This document shows, piece after piece, positions 9,870-20,720 of a stretch of DNA of 64,000 nucleotides (its first letter is position 1; every line of letters starts with the position of its first letter). Origin of the DNA: Escherichia phage vB_EcoM_WFL6982. The stretch lies in the sequence record MK373774.1. One strand, written 5' to 3'. Under the pieces are notes generated by a model, which was given only the letters and a program-made list of their open reading frames with translations, did no database searches and had not been told where the DNA came from. The position numbers and the translations under genes were made by a program.

Positions 9870-9959
9870 AACCCATTTTAATCCGCATTTCTTGTACACG
9901 GATTAAGCAAGCTTCCATCTCTGCTAATAGTCGAAATACTTCTTTATAATCTGTCATAT

Positions 9960-10187
9960 TTACCCCATATCTCTCATATGCATATCAATGCCCATATCTT
10001 TTGTATAAAAATACTCGTCGATGTACCCAGCAAACTTCCCTTTAATATAAAGGACGTCTTCACCACAGGGGTGGTCTGCCAGGATACGAATATCCTGACG
10101 TCGTAGACGATACTTTTCCATTAAGAATTTAATTTCAGTTTCAAATTCTTCATCATTATTAAAGGCATCTTCAATTGAATAACGCAT
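9960..10187 (-). CDS. hypothetical protein (uvsY.-1 position)
   Basis: 75-aa ORF, stop overlaps uvsY. Confidence 0.5.
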   Translation of the reverse strand: MRYSIEDAFNNDEEFETEIKFLMEKYRLRRQDIRILADHPCGEDVLYIKGKFAGYIDEYFYTKDMGIDMHMRDMG

Positions 10188-10600
10188 TATTGTCCCGCTT
10201 CAAATTCTCGCATATCTTGAATATGTTTAAGTGCAAAACTACGAGACTTGACTGCATCAAGTGCACCACTACAGAACTCAAGTAAAATTCCCCAGTATTG
10301 TAAAGTAGTCTCTATTTTAAGCACATCTTTATCTGCGGCCAGGACAGTTTTCATTTCAGATTTCTCATATCGGTCCATACTGAATTCATCACCGTCACCT
10401 CGTCCCGAGTAGTAGTCTAATCTTGCTTTTAGAGCAGTTTTCTTCTGAGTCTCTATACGCAACATTTCTTTACGAATAAATGAGTGCTTACGTAGCCATT
10501 TGCTGTATAACTTAACATTATTCGCCGTCTCGTATTGCAACTTTGTCGTATCAATAGCTAAGTCTGCGTCTAACTCTTCCTGTAAATCTTCCAGCTTCAT
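10187..10600 (-). CDS. uvsY: UvsY recombination mediator
   Basis: Start placed at internal ATG 10600 (MKLEDLQEEL..., 137 aa) matching T4 UvsY; the track ORF start at 10681 would overlap gene 25. Confidence 0.88.
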   Translation of the reverse strand: MKLEDLQEELDADLAIDTTKLQYETANNVKLYSKWLRKHSFIRKEMLRIETQKKTALKARLDYYSGRGDGDEFSMDRYEKSEMKTVLAADKDVLKIETTLQYWGILLEFCSGALDAVKSRSFALKHIQDMREFEAGQ

Positions 10601-10680
10601 AATGTTCTCTCTTTTAACTAATAATCTCCCGGCTGTATCGGAAGGACCTAAAACCATTATACATAGGTTGCCTTGAAGCA

Positions 10681-11079
10681 TTACACTCTATTGCTTGAAG
10701 CCAACTGAAGTTTAATTTGTTCAATATCGTCAGGGTTGTCTACGACCGAAAATCTAATCTCTACTATAACCGTATAGTCATCATATACTGGCGTTACACT
10801 TACAGAAAGTTTGTCGATGCGTGGCTCATAGTTACGAACAGCTGCCTGGATATTACGCTCAATCGTATCGGCTGTAAGTGGTGTCATGTTCTCGAAAAGT
10901 TCATCGACCAAATCACATCCAAATTCAGGGTCGAAGGGGCGTGAGCCTTTTCTAGTTGTCACTATGCCAAGAAGACTATTTTTAATAGAACGAAGTCCTA
11001 CAGAACGAGCAACGTCCTTGTTCCAATCCATACGCATTTCTGGGTCGATATCTGAATAAAGTTTATTGATATTAGACAT
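10681..11079 (-). CDS. 25: baseplate wedge subunit gp25
   Basis: 132 aa as T4 gp25; synteny. Confidence 0.9.
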   Translation of the reverse strand: MSNINKLYSDIDPEMRMDWNKDVARSVGLRSIKNSLLGIVTTRKGSRPFDPEFGCDLVDELFENMTPLTADTIERNIQAAVRNYEPRIDKLSVSVTPVYDDYTVIVEIRFSVVDNPDDIEQIKLQLASSNRV

Positions 11080-11705
11080 TATAGTAACTCAAAGAATTCT
11101 TTGAGGCCTCGTATTGTGTGAACGTGTGACGCCCCACATTTGGGACATTTAATAGGGGTTGCTAGATAAATTGACGGTGATACTAAAAGATTTTTAATAT
11201 TGATCATGTCATCTTCCGTTATAAGGCCATAAAGGTCGTTTATTTCTGCTTCAGTTAAATCTTCAACAGGGATGGACTCTCCATTGACAAAAACGGCCTC
11301 AATACATGAAGCAATCATTAATGCGATATTTTTATCGTCAAATAATTTAGGTTGACGGAACTTAATTTTAATACCACTGAACGAATACCAGGGATCGGCC
11401 TGTTCATCTAATTGAGTGTGCAATAAATTCATATAGACTTGAAATGAATGCCCACAGGAACAATTCCAGGTGTGTTCTTGATTCACTTCACCTAATGAAT
11501 GGGCCCACAGATTTACCAACAATAACTCGGCTTCTTGTTTAGTCAAGTTTTTAGCGTTAGAACAATTAGTGATAATATTGTTCACTGCGGATTCAATAGT
11601 ACCGGTAGCCCGCGCACCTATGAGTCCTAAATATTCTTTTAAAGTAAAGGCTCTACAATTCACTTCTTTATCGCCTAAACGTACGGTAAACGTATATTTG
11701 TACAT
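11079..11705 (-). CDS. 26: baseplate hub subunit gp26
   Basis: 208 aa; divergent from gene 51 with a shared late-promoter region. Confidence 0.8.
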   Translation of the reverse strand: MYKYTFTVRLGDKEVNCRAFTLKEYLGLIGARATGTIESAVNNIITNCSNAKNLTKQEAELLLVNLWAHSLGEVNQEHTWNCSCGHSFQVYMNLLHTQLDEQADPWYSFSGIKIKFRQPKLFDDKNIALMIASCIEAVFVNGESIPVEDLTEAEINDLYGLITEDDMINIKNLLVSPSIYLATPIKCPKCGASHVHTIRGLKEFFELL

Positions 11706-11723
11706 GTTAACTCCTTTATTGTG

Positions 11724-11735
11724 TATTTATAAATA
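11724..11735. promoter_or_regulatory. divergent late promoters between gene 26 (minus) and gene 51 (plus)
   Basis: Plus-strand tatttataaata contains both orientations of the octamer. Confidence 0.55.
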
Positions 11736-11752
11736 ATAGAAAAGGAGTAATT

Positions 11753-12505
11753 ATGGCTAATATAATTCGTTGTAAATTACCGGATGGTGTTCATCGTTTT
11801 AAGCCGTTCACCGTGGCGGATTATAGAGACTTTTTACTAGTTAGAAATGATATCGAACATCGTTCGCCACAAGAACAAAAAGAAATAATTGCCGATCTGA
11901 TTGATGATTATTTTGGCGAGTACCCTAAAACATGGCAACCATTTATATTCCTGCAAGTTTTTGCAGGCTCTATAGGCAAAACAAAAGTTCCCGTTATTTT
12001 CACTTGCCCTAAATGCTCTAAAGAAAAAACTGCGCCATTTGAGATATATCAAAAAGAACTAGTCGAACCTGAACTTGATGTTGCTGGTATAAAAATACGT
12101 TTTTCTTTCCCTGAAAAGTTTTATGACAACAAAGCATTAATGATAAGTGAAAACATAAAAGAAATATATTATAATGATGAATGGTACCCATGGAATGATT
12201 TGACTGAAGAGAACCAAATCCAAGTAATAGAAGCAATAGACATTGACTCACTCGAGAAGGTTATTGCTTCTATGAACCCTATTAATTTGACCCTTAGATT
12301 AGGTTGTTGTGAACGTCATGTTAAAACATATACTGATATCTTAGAGGTTTTTAAATTGTTAGTTAACCCTGATGAGATTTTTACATTCTATCAGATAAAC
12401 CATTCACTAGTAAAGAGTCAATACACATTGGATTCTATTATGCAAATGATTCCTGTTGAACGTGGTATTGCTTTAACATTAGTAGAAAAGGACCATAAAA
12501 AATGA
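11753..12505 (+). CDS. 51: baseplate hub assembly catalyst gp51
   Basis: 250 aa; TATAAATA at 11728-11735; synteny. Confidence 0.8.
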   Translation: MANIIRCKLPDGVHRFKPFTVADYRDFLLVRNDIEHRSPQEQKEIIADLIDDYFGEYPKTWQPFIFLQVFAGSIGKTKVPVIFTCPKCSKEKTAPFEIYQKELVEPELDVAGIKIRFSFPEKFYDNKALMISENIKEIYYNDEWYPWNDLTEENQIQVIEAIDIDSLEKVIASMNPINLTLRLGCCERHVKTYTDILEVFKLLVNPDEIFTFYQINHSLVKSQYTLDSIMQMIPVERGIALTLVEKDHKK

Positions 12506-13674
12506 CAGTATTCCAACGTCCAGGATATCCTAACTTAAGCGTTAAATTATACCAAGATTATTCAGCTTGGCAAGAAAATAGATACGTTGAACTCGCGGCA
12601 ACAATAACAACTTTAACCATGCGAGATTCGTTATATGGAAGAAATGAAGGGATTCTTCAATTTTATGACACTAAAAACATCCACACTAAAATGGATGGTA
12701 GACAGATAGTCCAAATCTCTGTTTCAAATTCAAACACACCTCTCCAAGTTAGAACTCGAATTTACGGATGCAGACATTATTCTGTGTCTGTGGACTCAAA
12801 AGGTGACAATATTATTGCAATTGAGCTTGGAACAATACATTCTATAGAGAACCTTAAATTTGGGCGTCCATTCTTCCCGGATGCAGGCGAATCTATACGT
12901 GAAATGTTAGGTGTCATATACAAAGACCGTGCGTTAATTACTCCGCCAATAAACACTATTAATGCTTATGTTCCTGATATCCCTTGGACAAGCACATTTG
13001 ATGATTATTTGGCATATGTCAGAGAATTAGGACTTGCTACAGCGAGTGATAAGTTCGTATTCGTATGGCAAGATATTTTAGGCGTAAACATGATTGACTA
13101 CGATACTCTTATTGGTCAGGAAGGCATTAAGATGATTGTAGGTGAGCCAAATACTGTAGGTCAGTATATTCAAGAGCTTGAGTATCCATTAGTATGGGAT
13201 TTTACCTGGATGACTAAAGCCAACCAATTTACAAGAGACCCTATTAAAAACGCCACGATATTCGCTCATTCATTTTTAGATACATCTATTCCGGTTATTG
13301 TTACAGGCGATGGTGATAATGCTATTCTTGTGTCAAGATCCGGTGGATATTCCGAAATGACCTATCGTAATGGATTTGAAGAAGCAAGTCGTCTTCAGAC
13401 AATGGCTCAATATGACGGATATGCTAAATGCACTACTACAGGCAATTTTAACATAACGCCTGCTACTAAAATTATATTTGTTGACCAAAAGAACCAATTC
13501 AAATCCGAATTTTACGTAGATGAAGTTATTCATGAGTTATCAAATAACAACTCACAAACTCATCTGTACATGTTTACCAACTCAATGGTGTTAGAACCTG
13601 TTAACCCAGTTAAGGTTAAAAATGAACTTAAATCTGATTCTACCTCTAAAGAAAATAATTCTACCACAGTCTAA
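12502..13674 (+). CDS. 27: baseplate hub subunit gp27
   Basis: 390 aa (T4 391); synteny. Confidence 0.85.
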   Translation: MTVFQRPGYPNLSVKLYQDYSAWQENRYVELAATITTLTMRDSLYGRNEGILQFYDTKNIHTKMDGRQIVQISVSNSNTPLQVRTRIYGCRHYSVSVDSKGDNIIAIELGTIHSIENLKFGRPFFPDAGESIREMLGVIYKDRALITPPINTINAYVPDIPWTSTFDDYLAYVRELGLATASDKFVFVWQDILGVNMIDYDTLIGQEGIKMIVGEPNTVGQYIQELEYPLVWDFTWMTKANQFTRDPIKNATIFAHSFLDTSIPVIVTGDGDNAILVSRSGGYSEMTYRNGFEEASRLQTMAQYDGYAKCTTTGNFNITPATKIIFVDQKNQFKSEFYVDEVIHELSNNNSQTHLYMFTNSMVLEPVNPVKVKNELKSDSTSKENNSTTV

Positions 13675-14155
13675 TAAAAAGGTAATGATTCCTAAATTAG
13701 GGCTCAAACATTATAATCTTTTAAAGGACGTTAAAGGCCCTGATGAAAACATGAAAATCTTAGCTGATTCTATTTGTAAAAATATGAGTCCCGCAGATTT
13801 TGATTTTGCATGTCTACACATATTGGAATTTAATAACAAACTTAAGTCTGAAGTTGAAAAAGATGGATTCACTTATAAACTAGATGACGTCTATGTATGC
13901 CAACGAACAGAATTCCAATTCCAAGGTAATACTTTTTATTTTAGACCCCCAGGCAAATTTGAACAATTCGCTACAATCAGTGAAATGCTATCAAATTGCT
14001 TAATAAAAGTTAATGACGAAGAGAAAGAAATTTCTTTCCTTGAGATGCCTGCTTTTGTAATCAAATGGGCAGAAGACCTTTCGACAACTATTGCTATTCC
14101 AGGCCCTAATGGTCCTATTAAGGGTATAGCAGAAATTATTGGATTGCTTGAATGA
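13622..14155 (+). CDS. 28: baseplate hub distal subunit gp28
   Basis: 177 aa (T4 177); overlaps gene 27 end. Confidence 0.7.
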   Translation: MNLNLILPLKKIILPQSNKKVMIPKLGLKHYNLLKDVKGPDENMKILADSICKNMSPADFDFACLHILEFNNKLKSEVEKDGFTYKLDDVYVCQRTEFQFQGNTFYFRPPGKFEQFATISEMLSNCLIKVNDEEKEISFLEMPAFVIKWAEDLSTTIAIPGPNGPIKGIAEIIGLLE

Positions 14156-15924
14156 AACCTGAAGAAATGAAATCCATGCGTAGAAATAAGGTCATTGCCG
14201 ATAATAAACCACAAAAAGTAGCTGCAACAGCAGCTACCGATTCATTAGAAGCATTGAATGACATTTCATCAAAACTAGACGATGTCCAAGCCGCGTCTGA
14301 ACTCACATCACAAAGTGTAGAAGATAAAGGCAATGGAATTATTGAATCAATTGGAGACTTAAAGAATTCGACAGATAATACTGCTGAAGGCACAGAGCTT
14401 ATCGCAGAAGTTATTGAAAAACAAACTGAAGTCACTAAAAGTATAAACGAAGTTTCTAGTGCAATAAGCTCTAAGTTAGACCGATTAGCTACATTATTAG
14501 AGCAAAAATTACAAACATCTACCGCTATTCAAAATACAGGAGGCACCTCTCTTGAAGTAATTGAGAACGCAATACCTGTTAAAGTTGTTGAGAATGAAAC
14601 TTCTGATGAGCTGTTTAAAGCATTCCCTACACCTGAAAAGATTGATAATAAGCCAGACGAAGATTTCTTCCCAGCACCGGTTCAAGAAAGTGCTAATTCT
14701 ACTTCTGATTCTAAAGGCGGAATTAGCTTTAAATTGAGCGATAAAATTGCAATGCTCACCAAAACAGTTCAAGCCGGGTTTAATAAATCAATATCAATTT
14801 CAGACAGAATTGCTGGAATGCTTTTCAAATACACTATAACGGCTGCTATTGAAGCAGCAAAAATGGCCGCACTTATTCTTGGTATTGTTATCGGTATTGA
14901 TTTATTGATAGTCCATTTCAAATATTGGACAGACAAGTTCACTTCTGCCTGGGATTTATTTGATGAAAACTTTACTAAATTCTCTGATGAAGCTAAAGAG
15001 TGGGGTAAATTCTTAAGTGATATATTCACTTCTATTGACTCTATAAAACAATTGTGGGAAGCTGGAGACTGGGGTGGTTTAACCGTTGCTATTGTCAAAG
15101 GTGTAGGAACAGCATTAATGAACTTAGGTGAACTAATTCAATTAGGAATGGCTAAACTCTCTGCGTCTATATTGCGTGCTATAGGTTTTGGCGATACCGC
15201 GGACGAAATAGAAGGACGTGCTTTAGAAGGATTCCAAGAAACTACTGGGAACAAATTAAAGAAAGAAGACCAAGAGAAAGTCGCTAAATATCAAATGAAA
15301 CGTGACGATGGGGAATTAGGAACCGTTTCTAAAGGTCTTGATATGTTACAACGCGGCAAAACATTCGTTACTAACTGGGTTCGTGGTAATGACAATAAAG
15401 AAGAGTTTAGTACAAGCGATGAGCGTGCTGCGGAATCAGCAAAATTAAAAGAGTTACCTGAAGAGGAGCGTAAAGAGGCGTATATAAAAGCTAATGAAAC
15501 TCGTGCGGCACTGGTTAGATTTGAGGATTATATCGATAAAATCGATATGACTAACCCAGAAAATGCTAAAAACGTCGAGAAGTCTTATGCTGATTTAAGT
15601 AAACTTATTAAAGACCCTGAACTTAATAAAACTCCTGCTGTTAAAAAGGAAATAGATGCTAGATTTGAAAAGCTAAATAATAAAATGGCTGAAGCCAAAA
15701 AGGCTCAGACAACAGTTAAGCCTGAATCTTCGTCTAAATCTCCGGAAGCAAAACAAGTTCAGTCAATAGAGAAAGGACGTGCTTCTGAATCTAAACAACA
15801 GCAACCGGTAGCGGCGATTAGTAACACAAATAATGTCGTCAAAAAGAATACCGTAGTCCAGAATATGACCCCTGTAACAAGTACAACGGCTCCTGGAATT
15901 TTCCATGCCACCGGTGTTAATTAA
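14152..15924 (+). CDS. 29: baseplate hub subunit / tail length determinant gp29
   Basis: 590 aa (T4 590); synteny. Confidence 0.85.
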   Translation: MKPEEMKSMRRNKVIADNKPQKVAATAATDSLEALNDISSKLDDVQAASELTSQSVEDKGNGIIESIGDLKNSTDNTAEGTELIAEVIEKQTEVTKSINEVSSAISSKLDRLATLLEQKLQTSTAIQNTGGTSLEVIENAIPVKVVENETSDELFKAFPTPEKIDNKPDEDFFPAPVQESANSTSDSKGGISFKLSDKIAMLTKTVQAGFNKSISISDRIAGMLFKYTITAAIEAAKMAALILGIVIGIDLLIVHFKYWTDKFTSAWDLFDENFTKFSDEAKEWGKFLSDIFTSIDSIKQLWEAGDWGGLTVAIVKGVGTALMNLGELIQLGMAKLSASILRAIGFGDTADEIEGRALEGFQETTGNKLKKEDQEKVAKYQMKRDDGELGTVSKGLDMLQRGKTFVTNWVRGNDNKEEFSTSDERAAESAKLKELPEEERKEAYIKANETRAALVRFEDYIDKIDMTNPENAKNVEKSYADLSKLIKDPELNKTPAVKKEIDARFEKLNNKMAEAKKAQTTVKPESSSKSPEAKQVQSIEKGRASESKQQQPVAAISNTNNVVKKNTVVQNMTPVTSTTAPGIFHATGVN

Positions 15925-15932
15925 GGATTATT

Positions 15933-17042
15933 ATGATTAGTGTAAAAGAAATAGTAGTAGATGCAAAGGATTTAAATAAAGCGATACCAGTCACAGAAAG
16001 TGCTGGGCAAAGCACTAAAACCGAAACAACTACTAAAACTTATGTTGCTCAATTTCCTACAGGAAGAGCAGCCGGAAATGACTCCACAGGAGACTTCCAG
16101 GTAACAGACCTTTATAAGAATGGATTATTATTTACCGCGTACAATATGTCTGCACGCGATTCAGGATCCCTCAGGAATTTACGTCCGGCGTATGCCGGGA
16201 CTTCATCTAATGGTATCATATCAGATTTAACTGATAACGTGAAAGATGCAGTGACTAAATTCTCAAATGGCTTGCTTCCTGCCGGAGCTAATAAGTCTAC
16301 TATAAACAAAACTCCTGTTGCTAATATACTTTTGCCACGTTCCAAATCTGATGTTGATACAACTTCACATCGTTTTAATGATATCGGTGATAGCCTTATT
16401 ACTAAAGGTGGAGGTACTGCTACGGGTGTTTTAAGTAACATTGCTTCTACTGCAGTTTTTGGTGCATTAGATTCTATTACTCAAGGGCTTATGGCTGATA
16501 ATAACGAACAGATTTATACGACTTCTCGTAGTATGTATGGCGGTGCTGAGAACCGTACTAAAGTCTTTACATGGGATTTAACTCCACGTTCAACTGAAGA
16601 CCTTATGGCTATTATAAACATTTACCAGTATTTTAACTATTTCTCATATGGTGAGACCGGTAAATCACAGTACGCCCAAGAGATTAAAAGTTATTTAGAC
16701 GAATGGTACCGTTCAACGTTTATTGAGCCTATGACGCCAGATGATGCAGTAAAAAATAAGACATTGTTTGAAAAGATTACTGCGTCATTAACAAATGTAT
16801 TAGTTGTAAGCAACCCTACAATTTGGATGGTTAAAAACTTTGGTTATACGTCTAAATTTGATGGATTAACTGACGTATTTGGTCCATGCCAAATTCAAAG
16901 CGTACGTTTTGATAAAACTCCAAATGGACAATTTAATGGTCTTGCTGTTGCTCCTAACTTACCATCAACATTTACGTTAGAGATAACAATGCGAGAAATT
17001 ATTACATTAAACCGTTCTTCACTTTATGCGGGGACTTTCTAA
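15933..17042 (+). CDS. 48: baseplate tail tube cap gp48
   Basis: 369 aa; synteny. Confidence 0.85.
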   Translation: MISVKEIVVDAKDLNKAIPVTESAGQSTKTETTTKTYVAQFPTGRAAGNDSTGDFQVTDLYKNGLLFTAYNMSARDSGSLRNLRPAYAGTSSNGIISDLTDNVKDAVTKFSNGLLPAGANKSTINKTPVANILLPRSKSDVDTTSHRFNDIGDSLITKGGGTATGVLSNIASTAVFGALDSITQGLMADNNEQIYTTSRSMYGGAENRTKVFTWDLTPRSTEDLMAIINIYQYFNYFSYGETGKSQYAQEIKSYLDEWYRSTFIEPMTPDDAVKNKTLFEKITASLTNVLVVSNPTIWMVKNFGYTSKFDGLTDVFGPCQIQSVRFDKTPNGQFNGLAVAPNLPSTFTLEITMREIITLNRSSLYAGTF

Positions 17043-18004
17043 TGTACTCTTTAGAAGAATTTAATAACCAAGCTATAAATGCAGATTTCCAACGAAACAA
17101 TATGTTTAGTTGTGTATTTGCTACTACACCATCAACCAAATCGTCTTCACTAATTTCGTCAATTGGTAGTTTTGCTTATAATAACTTAGGGTTGGATTCA
17201 GATTGGCTAGGATTGTCTCAAGGTGATATCAATCAGGGCGTAACAACCCTGATTACAGCAGGAACACAGAAATTAATTCGAAAATCAGGTATAAGTAAAT
17301 ATCTGATTGGAGCAATGAGTCAACGTACGGTACAAAGCTTGTTAGGTGAGTTCACAGTAGGAGCTTATCTGATAGACTTCTTCAATATGGCATATAATAA
17401 TACAGGTTTAATGATTTATTCTGTAAAAATGCCTGAGAACCGATTATCTTATGAAACGGATTTCAACTATAACTCACCGAACATCCGAATTACCGGCCGT
17501 GAAATGGACCCGTTAGTAATAAGCTTTAGAATGGATTCCGAAGCATCTAACTTTAGAGCAATGCAAGACTGGGTAAACTCAGTCCAAGACCCTGTAACAG
17601 GTCTTCGCGCTTTACCACAAGACGTCGAAGCAGATATTCAGGTTAATTTACATGCACGAAATGGTTTACCACATACCGCTGTCATGTTCACTGGATGTAT
17701 TCCTGTTAGTGTCTCTTCTCCTGAGTTAACGTATGATGGTGATAATCAGATAACAGTTTTTGACGTAACATTTGCCTATCGCGTTATGCAATCAGGTGCT
17801 GTAAATAGACAGGCTGCTTTAGAATGGCTGGAATCAGGACTTATTAGTAGTGTTTCAGGAATGTTTGGAAATAATCAGAATGATTCTGGACTAGGAAGTG
17901 CAGTATCAAGACTTTCTAGATTAGGTGGGACTGCTGGTGGTGTGTCTAATATAAACACATTGACAGGTGTGGTGAATTCTGCGTCAAGAGTTTTAGGACT
18001 ATAA
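17042..18004 (+). CDS. 54: baseplate tail tube initiator gp54
   Basis: 320 aa (T4 320); synteny. Confidence 0.85.
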   Translation: MYSLEEFNNQAINADFQRNNMFSCVFATTPSTKSSSLISSIGSFAYNNLGLDSDWLGLSQGDINQGVTTLITAGTQKLIRKSGISKYLIGAMSQRTVQSLLGEFTVGAYLIDFFNMAYNNTGLMIYSVKMPENRLSYETDFNYNSPNIRITGREMDPLVISFRMDSEASNFRAMQDWVNSVQDPVTGLRALPQDVEADIQVNLHARNGLPHTAVMFTGCIPVSVSSPELTYDGDNQITVFDVTFAYRVMQSGAVNRQAALEWLESGLISSVSGMFGNNQNDSGLGSAVSRLSRLGGTAGGVSNINTLTGVVNSASRVLGL

Positions 18005-18010
18005 GAAAAA

Positions 18011-18030
18011 GGGAGACGTTGTCTCCCTTT
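18011..18030. terminator. hairpin GGGAGAC-GUUG-GUCUCCC with U-runs on both sides, between gene 54 and the convergent minus gene
   Basis: Perfect 7-bp stem. Confidence 0.55.
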
Positions 18031-18036
18031 AGGGGT

Positions 18037-18330
18037 TTATTTACGGAATGAAAGGAATGCTGGTGCTCGGAATGGAGTATCATCTTTAGAGTATTTAACT
18101 AATACGACCATTGGTACCTCTGTTTCTAAATGACCTGTCACTACACCGACAAAAATTTGATCAGTGTGCTCAGGGTCACGAAAGTTTTTAAGAGGTTCCA
18201 TAGCAATATGGAATGCACCTGGGAATACTCGATTCAATTCGTCAATCACAGCTTCGTTAAAAACATCATCTGCCGGGATAGCATCTTCAACTACTAGTTC
18301 TTGACCATTAAAGCGAAGCATAGATTTCAT
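18037..18330 (-). CDS. hypothetical protein (alt.-x position)
   Basis: Start placed at internal ATG 18330 with RBS GAGGA; the early-promoter element 18360-18389 lies inside the longer track ORF. Confidence 0.45.
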   Translation of the reverse strand: MKSMLRFNGQELVVEDAIPADDVFNEAVIDELNRVFPGAFHIAMEPLKNFRDPEHTDQIFVGVVTGHLETEVPMVVLVKYSKDDTPFRAPAFLSFRK

Positions 18331-18359
18331 AACGTTTTCCTCATGTTGTTGATAGGATA

Positions 18360-18389
18360 ATAGTATCACACATCCATGTGTTTGTAAAC
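18360..18389 (-). promoter_or_regulatory. early promoter
   Basis: gtaaac at 18384-18389, -10 around 18362-18368, conserved leader with RBS. Confidence 0.45.
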
Positions 18390-20476
18390 TATCCTTGGAC
18401 AAATTTAAACGGAACTGATTCTAAATCCATTAAAGATGCTAACAATTTCAAACCTTTAGGTGCACTAGTTTTTTCTACAAATGAAGAGAACGATACCGGC
18501 TCATCCGATTCGATTTCACCCGTCATAGCAACCACCTCGCCTGTTTCCATGAGAACATCACCATCGTAAATGACAGCTTCATCCAACTGGTCTGAGGACA
18601 TGACTTCAGCTTGAATAAATTTAAGGTTAGATTCTAAACCTGCACCAGTGTCAGATGACGCATCTGTAATTTTATTTATCTGCAAGAGAATGCCTCTAGG
18701 CAAAATAATTTCTTGCTCATTAGGGTGATTACTCAACTGTCCTGGATAAATCACGTTAACTTTATGGGCGCCGTCAATAGCCCATCCAACGTTAACACGG
18801 ATTTGTTCTGGCGCATGCATAGCGGTACGCACCAGACTAGGAGAAATAGTAACACCTTCATCATTATTGTCAATGTTAAGCTCTTTGCGAACTTCTTCAG
18901 GAGCAAGTCCAAGGGCAACGTTCTCTTTAAACCCACCGAAAATAATAGGAGCTAGTGAAGTGGAAACATAGTTTCTGAAGTAGAATACCTTATTTTTAAC
19001 CATTGCTTCGTAAATAGGCATTCTGATAGACTGAGCTCTATATAACGTTAGTCCTTCAGGTAAACGGTCTCCATTTAAAAACGCCGAATCAAGACCATCA
19101 ATAGCGCGTTTAACTTCATCTTCATCTGCAACATCGTAAAAATCTGGTTTATAACGACCTAACAACATATTATTGATATCGGTATACGCAGAAGAGGCAT
19201 ATTCACGAATAGCTCGTTTTTCAGCAACAGAGTATTGTTTAGGGTCCCGATTCATTGTTATATTAAAGGTGCCTCTAGCCGATTCTCGTGCATAAGTATA
19301 CATCACACTAGACAAGAACGCTGATTTACGTTGTTTCCAAGTTTTTTCAGATACTTCAGCTAAAACATCGTCGGCCAGTTGGAAATTATCACGTCTAAAA
19401 TCTTCAAACCATTCGTCTTTAATAGAGTCCGCAATTTCGTTTGCAGCTTCAACAAAAGCAGCTAATGCTTTAACAGATGTTGTTTTTTCAGTTTTAATTT
19501 TCTTAGCAAACTTTTCTAAAGTTGGCTTAATAACACTACCATAAGAAACTTCATCAGCAAATCTAAAGGATTCATCAATACGATTATAAATCTTATTTTC
19601 GATATCAGCAACTAAAGTGCCTTTTGCTGTGGATGATGCTTGGGCTAGTACGATTTCATATGCTTCAGGAAGTAATTCGGCTGTAGCCGGGCCACTAACT
19701 TCTTTAGCAGAATTTTCGTATTTCTGGAATAACTCACCTTCTTGGCGGTCAGCTTCTAAAGATTGGCTTGCGGCAATAGCACGACGAGAAATTTTAGTAC
19801 GAGCAATAACAGGCTTATCTTTACGTTTTTCTTCTACAGCAGCAATAGAACCGGCGATAGCCGTTTCTTTGGTGACCTTTTCGCCAGTCTTTTTACTCAC
19901 ATAAACTTCGCCAACATCAGAATCTACTTTCGCGTACAACTCTGTGTTAATGTTAGGGATGCCTTTAATATCTTCAATGTTGGCATTTTTACGAACCATC
20001 ATCACATAGGTGTGTTTACCTGTGAATTGATACATTGCCGACAATACTTTAAAACGACCACCGGTTTTAGTAGAAACTAAACGAGCAAGAAGAGTTTGAA
20101 GCTGCTGTCCACGTCCTTTCAATTTCTTGGTAGGGAATCGGAATAGAACCGCATCCATACGAAGAGCTTTAACCTGTTCATATACTGTATTGAAAATGGT
20201 GTTGATTGCATCAATAGGAGCAGGACCAAGGCCATTTTTCAATTCAGCGAGATTACCCTTTTCAGACAGACTCATAATAACAACATGAGCGTATTTGTCG
20301 CCAAGTTTAACTTGTTTTACAGCGTCGCCTTCGGAAAGGTAAGAGAATAAACGAACTACGATGTTTGTATCAACATCACCAATTTTCCAGACTTGTGGAA
20401 CTTTAGCTTTAGGGTTCAAATTGACGACAGGAAGACTGCCTTCAGATTCAAACACTTCATTTAATTGTTCAGACAT
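18389..20476 (-). CDS. alt: Alt-like ADP-ribosyltransferase (packaged head protein)
   Basis: 695 aa; C-terminal R / S-T-S / E-x-E ART triad (YRAQ, STS, EQEIILPRG); T4 position after gene 54. Confidence 0.8.
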   Translation of the reverse strand: MSEQLNEVFESEGSLPVVNLNPKAKVPQVWKIGDVDTNIVVRLFSYLSEGDAVKQVKLGDKYAHVVIMSLSEKGNLAELKNGLGPAPIDAINTIFNTVYEQVKALRMDAVLFRFPTKKLKGRGQQLQTLLARLVSTKTGGRFKVLSAMYQFTGKHTYVMMVRKNANIEDIKGIPNINTELYAKVDSDVGEVYVSKKTGEKVTKETAIAGSIAAVEEKRKDKPVIARTKISRRAIAASQSLEADRQEGELFQKYENSAKEVSGPATAELLPEAYEIVLAQASSTAKGTLVADIENKIYNRIDESFRFADEVSYGSVIKPTLEKFAKKIKTEKTTSVKALAAFVEAANEIADSIKDEWFEDFRRDNFQLADDVLAEVSEKTWKQRKSAFLSSVMYTYARESARGTFNITMNRDPKQYSVAEKRAIREYASSAYTDINNMLLGRYKPDFYDVADEDEVKRAIDGLDSAFLNGDRLPEGLTLYRAQSIRMPIYEAMVKNKVFYFRNYVSTSLAPIIFGGFKENVALGLAPEEVRKELNIDNNDEGVTISPSLVRTAMHAPEQIRVNVGWAIDGAHKVNVIYPGQLSNHPNEQEIILPRGILLQINKITDASSDTGAGLESNLKFIQAEVMSSDQLDEAVIYDGDVLMETGEVVAMTGEIESDEPVSFSSFVEKTSAPKGLKLLASLMDLESVPFKFVQG

Positions 20477-20516
20477 AGTGTTTTCCTTTTAGTAATAATT
20501 TATATTTATGCCAAAA

Positions 20517-20532
20517 AGAGCCCGAAGGCTCT
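20517..20532 (-). terminator. hairpin AGAGCC-UUCG-GGCUCU plus U-run
   Basis: Stem-loop followed by ttttt on the minus strand. Confidence 0.5.
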
Positions 20533-20720
20533 TAATCCACAATCGGAAGCAAAGTACGATAAACTTCAAAATTAGAGCCTTTTTCGTACTTATCGAAATT
20601 GTCCATAAAAATATGATAGGAATCGTTATTAGGAAAATCTAATATAATCTGAGAGCAAGAGGTGGAAACATCTCCACCATCCTTCTTAGCTACAATAACT
20701 GTTTCTAAATAAGCTTTCAT
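20532..20720 (-). CDS. hypothetical small protein
   Basis: ATG at 20720 overlaps ligase stop (TAATG); hairpin and T-run follow. Confidence 0.4.
   Translation of the reverse strand: MKAYLETVIVAKKDGGDVSTSCSQIILDFPNNDSYHIFMDNFDKYEKGSNFEVYRTLLPIVD

Noticed and set aside
10601-10681. N-terminal extension of the uvsY track ORF (start at 10681)
   Set aside because: It would overlap the gene 25 stop and add 27 residues absent from T4 UvsY; the internal ATG at 10600 gives the canonical 137-aa protein.
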